A DNA stretch of 64,000 bases from Alphaproteobacteria bacterium (GTDB lineage Bacteria > Pseudomonadota > Alphaproteobacteria > MPNO01 > UBA830): positions 1,120,001 to 1,184,000 of the forward strand of contig OZ219791.1 of the NCBI GenBank assembly GCA_964291215.2. Direction: 5' to 3'. Position 1 is the first letter of the stretch. Every line of letters starts with the position of its first letter. The notes beneath the pieces were generated by a model. It was not told the DNA's origin. It saw nothing but the letters and a program-made list of their open reading frames with translations, and ran no database searches. Below are positions 58,416 to 64,000 of the stretch, in pieces. Position numbers and translations under genes: made by a program.

Positions 58416-58697
58416 CGCTATGGAGATAGTTAAGGCCCTGAAATCCAATGATCACAGGGCCTTATCTCTGCAACTCACCATAGTCTTGTTGTCACCATAA
58501 TCGCAACTATGGAAAGCTTTCCGTAGCTGCGACAAACTGAACCGAAGGCTCGGTTACGACCGCGAAGCCTGGACCGCCATGGTTGCCGCCTCCATGCGCG
58601 CCGAGACGCACGAACCCGGCGACCTCGCCGAGCACTGACACGTCCGCCGACTTGTCCGCTTATGGCGAATCCCCTATAGTGCGAGGTCGACGATGTC

Positions 58698-59054
58698 ATG
58701 CTGAAGCCAGTCGAATGGATCGGTTCGAGCAAGGCGGATCTGAAGCGTTTCCCCGACCCGGTGCAGGGCCGCATGGGCTTCGCGATCTACCGCGCCCAGC
58801 TCGGACGCCGGCACCGCGACGCCAAGCCGCTGAAGGGCTTCGGCCCGGGGGTGGTGGAGGTCGTCGCGCGCCACGACGGCGACACATTCCGGGCCGTCTA
58901 CACGATCCGTTTCGAGACCGCCGTCTATGTCCTGCACGCCTTCCAGAAGAAGGCCCGGCGGGGCATCGCGACGCCCAGGCAGGAGCTCGACCTGGTCCGG
59001 CGTCGCCTGCGCGCCGCCGAGCGGCACTACCGTGACACCCACTGCGGAGACTGA
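58698..59054 (+). CDS. RelE/ParE-superfamily (HigB/Gp49-like) toxin
   Basis: W.GSSK.DL..FP, AKPLKGFG.GV.E, VYVLHAFQKK. Confidence 0.88.
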   Translation: MLKPVEWIGSSKADLKRFPDPVQGRMGFAIYRAQLGRRHRDAKPLKGFGPGVVEVVARHDGDTFRAVYTIRFETAVYVLHAFQKKARRGIATPRQELDLVRRRLRAAERHYRDTHCGD

Positions 59055-59058
59055 CGCC

Positions 59059-59397
59059 ATGGAACCCACCGACACCACCGTGGAGCGCGGCAGCGGCAAC
59101 GTCTTCGCCGATCTCGGCTTTCCCGACGCCGACGCTCACCTCGTCAAGGCCGAGCTCGTCAGCCGCATCGACGACATCGTGCGCGATCGGGGCATCACCC
59201 AGACCGAGGCCGCACGGCTGATGGGCCTGTCCCAGCCCGACGCGTCACGGCTGCTGCGGGGCGACTTCCGCGAGTATTCGCTGGAGCGTCTGTTCCGCCT
59301 GCTCAACGCGCTCGGACGCGATATCGACATCGTCATCCGCCAGCCCCGTTCCGCCGACGGCGCACGCCTGCGCATCGCCGCCGCCGAACCCGTCTGA
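59059..59397 (+). CDS. XRE HTH antitoxin (HigA-like)
   Basis: GSGNVFADLG, TQTEAA..MG.SQP..S.L..G..YSLERL. Confidence 0.88.
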   Translation: MEPTDTTVERGSGNVFADLGFPDADAHLVKAELVSRIDDIVRDRGITQTEAARLMGLSQPDASRLLRGDFREYSLERLFRLLNALGRDIDIVIRQPRSADGARLRIAAAEPV

Positions 59398-59477
59398 TAG
59401 CCGGCCGGCCCACCGCACTCGCCCGCTTCCGCTGCGCAGCCGGCCCGACGCCGTCCCCGGTCAACCCCTCCACGCGA
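59398..59477. repeat. 80-bp direct repeat, copy 1
   Basis: 74/80 identical to 60723-60802. Confidence 0.92.
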
Positions 59478-60657
59478 CGGGGCAAGCTCTCGTTGATCGC
59501 TGCGTGGGCGAGTGATCGGAGCCGCCCGGTCAGCGCGGCGGGCAGTGGTGCATTCTCGGGCTCCACCCGGTAGGACCGCGGTTGGTAGCCGTCGCGGGCG
59601 GCCTGGAAACGGATCCAGACCTAACGCGCGCCGCGGTTGCGGAGGGACGAGCGGAGGCCTTCGCGCACAGGATGACCGGGCGCCTCATCGTTGTACCGGT
59701 CGATCATCTGCTCGGTTTCCAGCAGGATCCCGCCACACTCGGCGAGTGCCGTTTCCGCCGCCTCGATCCGGTCCCGGAACGCGGGCGACCGTTTCGCGTC
59801 GCGTTCCGCGACCGCCTGTTTCAGGGTGTTGGCGGGGACGGCGCCCCGGGCTTTCCCTGGGTGCCGAGCACGGGCGCCTTGCTGGCCCAATCGCGGTCGT
59901 AGCCGCAAACATGCAGGATTGCGTCCAGCGCATGTTGCAGCTCGCCGGTGTGCCCGATGATGCCGGATTGCTCGCTGGCGTAGCGCCAGCGCACCGTATC
60001 GTCTCGGGCCTCGGCGAGCGCCGCCCGGATGTTCCGGCGGTCCGGCTGTTGCAATGCGAGCTCCGGCCAGCTTTCGTCGCCTGGCATTTGCCTGATCAGT
60101 TTTTCTTGCGTGTCGTCGCTCAGCGCGTCGAACAGCTTCAGCAGGTCGTGTTCCCGGTCATGCGGCCCGTGATCGCGTTCGCAGCGCTGCAGGGCCTTCA
60201 GGCCGAGTTCGATACCGTGCAGCAGCAGGATCACGTCAGCGAAGCCGCCGGCTGGCTCGCGCCGGTTGTCGGCGTCGCGGATGATCGCGGCAGCCTCGGC
60301 GAGGCCGGCCGCCTGGCTGACCATGCCGCTCGTTCTGAGTGCGTCGGGCGGTTCCTCTTTCGGCCCGTCGGATTTGCCGTGTCGTTCGGCGCTTCGTGTT
60401 GTTGCCAGGATTAGGCTGTCACCGTCTTCGGGCGCGATCGCGATGCCAGTTCTTTCGCCAAACTCCCGCTTGTAGGTGCTTGCCCTGAGCCAGCACACGC
60501 GGCCGTTATCCATGAGAAACGTGGTCTCCGCACGGCCGCGCGGCCTGTCGAGCGGCCGCGAGGCCGCCTGCAACGCCGCGTGGTGGTGCGTGCGCAGCGT
60601 CTCGGCGCCGATCTTTCTTGCGACGGTGAGCTCTTCCTTGGTGAAGCGGCGGTTCAT
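59470..60657 (-). pseudogene. HEPN-domain protein; probably longer originally (frameshift near 59860, in-frame TAG at 59621)
   Basis: HGIELGLKAL...HDLLKLFDAL...R...WRY; protein-like reading continues in a second frame through the TAG. Confidence 0.6.
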
Positions 60658-60722
60658 GCTGTAATTCCTGGGAGTTCGATGCTGCGCGCCTTGATGGTCT
60701 AGCTGGGGAGCAGCTTAAGCGC

Positions 60723-60802
60723 TAGCCGGCCGGCCTACCGAACTCGCCTGCTTCTGCTGCGCAGCCGGCCCGGCGCCGTCCCCGGTCAACTCCTCCACGC
60801 GA
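60723..60802. repeat. 80-bp direct repeat, copy 2
   Basis: 74/80 identical to 59398-59477; contains the stop codon of the membrane-protein gene. Confidence 0.92.
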
Positions 60803-61178
60803 GCCACCACCACGCGAACCAGGCCGGCAGCCCGACAGCCACGGCGCAGACCGCGATCGCAACCGGCCCGAGCAGCCCGGCCGGCAGCGTCACCGCCACC
60901 GTCGTCGCACCGAGCGCGATGCCCGCGGTCCAGGCGCCGCGCCGGTAGCCGAGCCGCCAGAGCCTGCGGCAGCCGAGCGCCAGCGGCAGGCCGCACAGCG
61001 CAAACGGCGCCAGCGACAACCTCTCCATCGCCATCGTCGCCAGCCACGGCCCCAACCTCCCCGCCTCGGCCGCGTCCGGCCCGAACCGCACCGCCGCCTG
61101 AGCCACGATCCCGGCCGGCAGCCAGAGCAGCGCCAGCGGCCAGAACCCGTGACGGCCGATCCATCCGCGCCCTTCCAT
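60786..61178 (-). CDS. Hypothetical multi-pass membrane protein
   Basis: About 4 hydrophobic segments, Trp-rich C-terminus; start uncertain (61178/61193). Confidence 0.6.
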   Translation of the reverse strand: MEGRGWIGRHGFWPLALLWLPAGIVAQAAVRFGPDAAEAGRLGPWLATMAMERLSLAPFALCGLPLALGCRRLWRLGYRRGAWTAGIALGATTVAVTLPAGLLGPVAIAVCAVAVGLPAWFAWWWLAWRS

Positions 61179-61318
61179 GCCGTATCCCTGCACCGGACGG
61201 GGGTGGCGTTCAAGCCAGGTCGGACCGCATGTCGCCGGAGAGGCGGAGAAGAGCGTGCGGGGAGCGAGGCCGCGGACGAAAGAGAGAGTCGCGGCAGTCG
61301 CAACCGGGGAGATTTGAC

Positions 61319-61855
61319 ATGGCGAAATTGCGATATGCGGGGATCGGGGCGCGGGCGACTCCGAAAGCCGTGCTGGCGGACATGGGCGTCATCGCGGGAT
61401 GGCTGGCCCGGACCGGCTGGCATCTGTCGAGCGGCGGGGCGGACGGGGCCGATACCGCGTTCGCAGCGGGGGCGCCGGCCGGACAGCGGACGGTCTGGCT
61501 GCCGTGGCGGGGCTATAACGGGCATCGCGGGCCGGACTGCCGGGTGCTGTCGGCGGCGGCGCTGGCGGCGTGCATCGAGATCGCGGCGCCCCTGCATCCG
61601 GCCTGGCAGCGGTGTTCGTCGGCCGTCCGGAAGCTGCATGCCAGGAACGCCGCGCTGATCTTGGGCGAGGCGCTGAATCGGCCGGTCGACGCGGTGGTGG
61701 CCTTCACGGTCCAGGGTCGCGTCGAGGGCGGCACGGGCATGGGCATCCGTATCGCCGAGGCAAACGGCATCCCGGTGCTGAACCTGGGCTCCATGTCGCC
61801 GCGCGCCGTCTGCGAGCGCTTGGCCGCGATCCGCCGCGCCGCCCATCCGTCATAG
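61319..61855 (+). CDS. SLOG-superfamily / phage-type DprA-like protein
   Basis: YAGIGARATP, SGGADGAD.AF..G, LPW, HP.W, HARN, GGTG..IR.A...IPV.NL. Confidence 0.8.
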   Translation: MAKLRYAGIGARATPKAVLADMGVIAGWLARTGWHLSSGGADGADTAFAAGAPAGQRTVWLPWRGYNGHRGPDCRVLSAAALAACIEIAAPLHPAWQRCSSAVRKLHARNAALILGEALNRPVDAVVAFTVQGRVEGGTGMGIRIAEANGIPVLNLGSMSPRAVCERLAAIRRAAHPS

Positions 61856-61984
61856 AGGAAGAGTGAAGCGCCTGCCGGGCGAGTGTCCGGCAGGGCGGAG
61901 GGAGTGGGTCTCCCGCGCCGATGCCGGGCAGGGCAACGGCAGAGGAGACGCCGCTCATGTTCCATCCCGATACATCCCCCGATC

Positions 61985-63467
61985 GTATCTACTCACCCCT
62001 AGTTGGGTTCTGATTGGTCGTAGTGCTCGTTGATGATGTCTGCGGCTTTTCCGTCGAGGGCGATCTGGGTGGCGACGAGTGGGTTGTAGCCGAGTGCGGC
62101 CATGGAGGTGAGGTAGCTTGAGCCCCGGCACCATGCTTTTGCGTGGAGCGGAAGCATCCGGACACCTTGACCTTTGCCATCCTGATCTTCTGTTCTCCGG
62201 CATTGTTGGTGAATCTGACGTCGGGGTCGTCTGTGAAGCGCAGGTTTTCGTGTTTCACGAGACGTTCGTGCAGGTTGTGCGCGTTTGCGATGCGTTTTCC
62301 TTTCGGCGGGATATCGGGCAGTTCCCTGGCGCCCTGATGGTGCGGTAGCGCTTGCGCCCGGCGTCGTTCAGGGTCTTGGATGCGCTCTTGTTGATCTTGT
62401 GGCAGACTTCGCGGAGCAGGCTCTTCATCAGTCGCGCGGTAGCCTCGACGACAAAGGTCAATTCGCGCAGCAGGTGGCTGCCGCACAGCTGGTGGCTACA
62501 CTGGCCCATGTACGAGGCCCAGGACGCCCTTGTAGCGCGGGATGATGCCGATCTCTTGCCCGCGCTTGCGGTGCGGGAACTTGCACGTCAGGGTCCCACG
62601 ACATGGAGCCATTTACTGTTGATCCGAAATCGTCGACATCGGGCGTTGCAGGAGGTGCGCCACGGCGGCCTCCTCCCATGACGCATCGTGAAAGCATAGC
62701 CGAGGCCTCGGAGAGCTTGATGCCGGAGATCGCCTGCACGAGCGCGACGGCGCAGGGACAGCATTTGGGCGACCAGCAGGTTGATGACGGGGGCCTGGAT
62801 GCCGTACTGCACGGGATGTTGTCGGGGAACCGGCCCCGGGCCTTGCACTTCGGGCATTCCTCGGCGCGTCGCTCGACGACCTCGAACACGATGTCATAGA
62901 GGACGCGGCGCTCCCGATCGACGGGGCCGTCGATGTCAGCGCCGCAGGCGTCGCAGGCCGCGACCGTTTCCTCGACGATGGTCTTGCGCAAGTTGTCGCC
63001 CATCTGCCGGTTCGGCTTCGGGCCGTTGCTTCCGGCACGCTCTTGTCCGTCTGTGACGGCGGCAGACCGGAGTTCCGGCTCGTGCGTGGTCTTCTCCAGA
63101 AGGACGACGATGAGGATGTCGAGCAGGATGACGAAGACGCGGATCACGGCCTCTTCCGCCACCTTGCCGGCAGCGCCGCGTTCTTGGCCGCTTCGAACTC
63201 CTCGCGCGCCGCCCGTCGCCATCACCCGGCCTTGCGCTTCATCAGCGCGCCGCCTCCGAGATGCGTTTTCACATACAGATCATGCGGAGCCCCGGAAGCA
63301 GCTGGCACAGCCCGCTCGTCGCCTTCGATCCAAAGTAGCCCACTGGCGGTCCCCGTCGTTCTCGATGACCGGCACTGAACGAATCGGGCTGCAATGTCAA
63401 ATCTCCACGAAAACCCGTTCGTTGCTCTACCCCGACATCAAGCCGGAACCAGGGGGTAAGCAGTTAC
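61985..63467 (-). mobile_element. IS66-family element, copy D
   Basis: Both TIRs present; flanks CCCCGATC / CAAGAATC do not form a TSD. Confidence 0.92.
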
Positions 63468-63773
63468 CAAGAATCTCCGCTTTGCGGACGGCACCAGCTT
63501 CACCTTGGCGGAGGGCGGGATCAACGGCGCAACAGGAGCCCATCCCTTGCCGCTCACGTCGTTTTGAGGGAATCGGTGCTACGTCTATACTTTGCTTGGA
63601 TGGCCCCAGTCGAAACCATGGTGCCCTACGTCATGGGGTTGCGTATCTGATCGAATACTATGACATGGGGCCACCCGCGACTTTAGGAACAGCCTTATTG
63701 GGGATCGGGCACAGGTTTCAGCGGTGGCGAACGTGTCGCGAGCCGCGCCTTGCGAAACAAAGGAGTTGAAGGA

Positions 63774-64000
63774 ATGAACAAACGGGAAATCATCGATCGC
63801 GTCGCCGATAACGCAGGCATTACGAAGCAGGCAGCGGAAGCCGCGGTCGGGGCCGTGACCGCTTCGATTGCCGAGTCGCTCGCACGCGGCGAAGATGTCG
63901 CCATCCCGGGGTTCGGCAGGTTCATGCGGACCCAGCGGTCGGCGCGCGAGGGCCGCAACCCGCGTACCGGTGAGCGCATCGCCATCGGCCCGTCGGTCGG
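63774..64000 (+). CDS. HU family DNA-binding protein (runs off the window)
   Basis: MNKREII...GFGRF...R.AREGRNPRTGE. Confidence 0.93.
   Translation, partial: MNKREIIDRVADNAGITKQAAEAAVGAVTASIAESLARGEDVAIPGFGRFMRTQRSAREGRNPRTGERIAIGPSV

Larger units (their letters stand above)
54852..58532 (+). mobile_element. RIT (recombinase-in-trio) element; left end apparently cut by IS256
   Basis: Three co-oriented tyrosine recombinases with ATGA overlaps; GCTTTCCATAGT (54887) inverted to ACTATGGAAAGC (58506); lower GC. Confidence 0.85.

Noticed and set aside
59398-60802. Integron attC sites
   Set aside because: No RYYYAAC...GTTRRRY inverted core structure, and the recombinases are RIT-type rather than IntI

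Overview
GC-rich alphaproteobacterial (Rhodospirillales-like, inferred from gene content and order) chromosomal window. Intact core blocks: a coxMSL-like molybdo-flavoenzyme; rsmB-rpe-heparinase II/III-purH; an MFS transporter; SAM-II riboswitch-metH; ahcY-tsaE-amgK-murU-addB-addA-trxA; an enolase-superfamily + M24-fold pair; and GPP34 + STAS. These alternate with two accessory zones (about 15.8-32.7 kb and 46.9-64 kb) full of nested, decayed IS elements (IS66, IS256, IS630, IS110, ISAs1, one unclassified family) and a 183-bp MITE. Sister IS copies differ by many private short (about 6-12 nt) deletions between short direct repeats. Still intact inside these zones are a triple tandem array of rpn (Transposase_31) genes with an internal SD+ATG for a C-terminal peptide of variable repeat number, a RIT trio of tyrosine recombinases, a HigBA-type TA pair, a SLOG/DprA-like gene and an HU gene. 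A HEPN pseudogene is bracketed by 80-bp direct repeats. The IS66 copies carry a 42-aa leader ORF resembling the N-terminus of a DNA adenine methylase. No rRNA, tRNA or CRISPR array was seen. All family calls come from motif recognition by eye, not from database searches.
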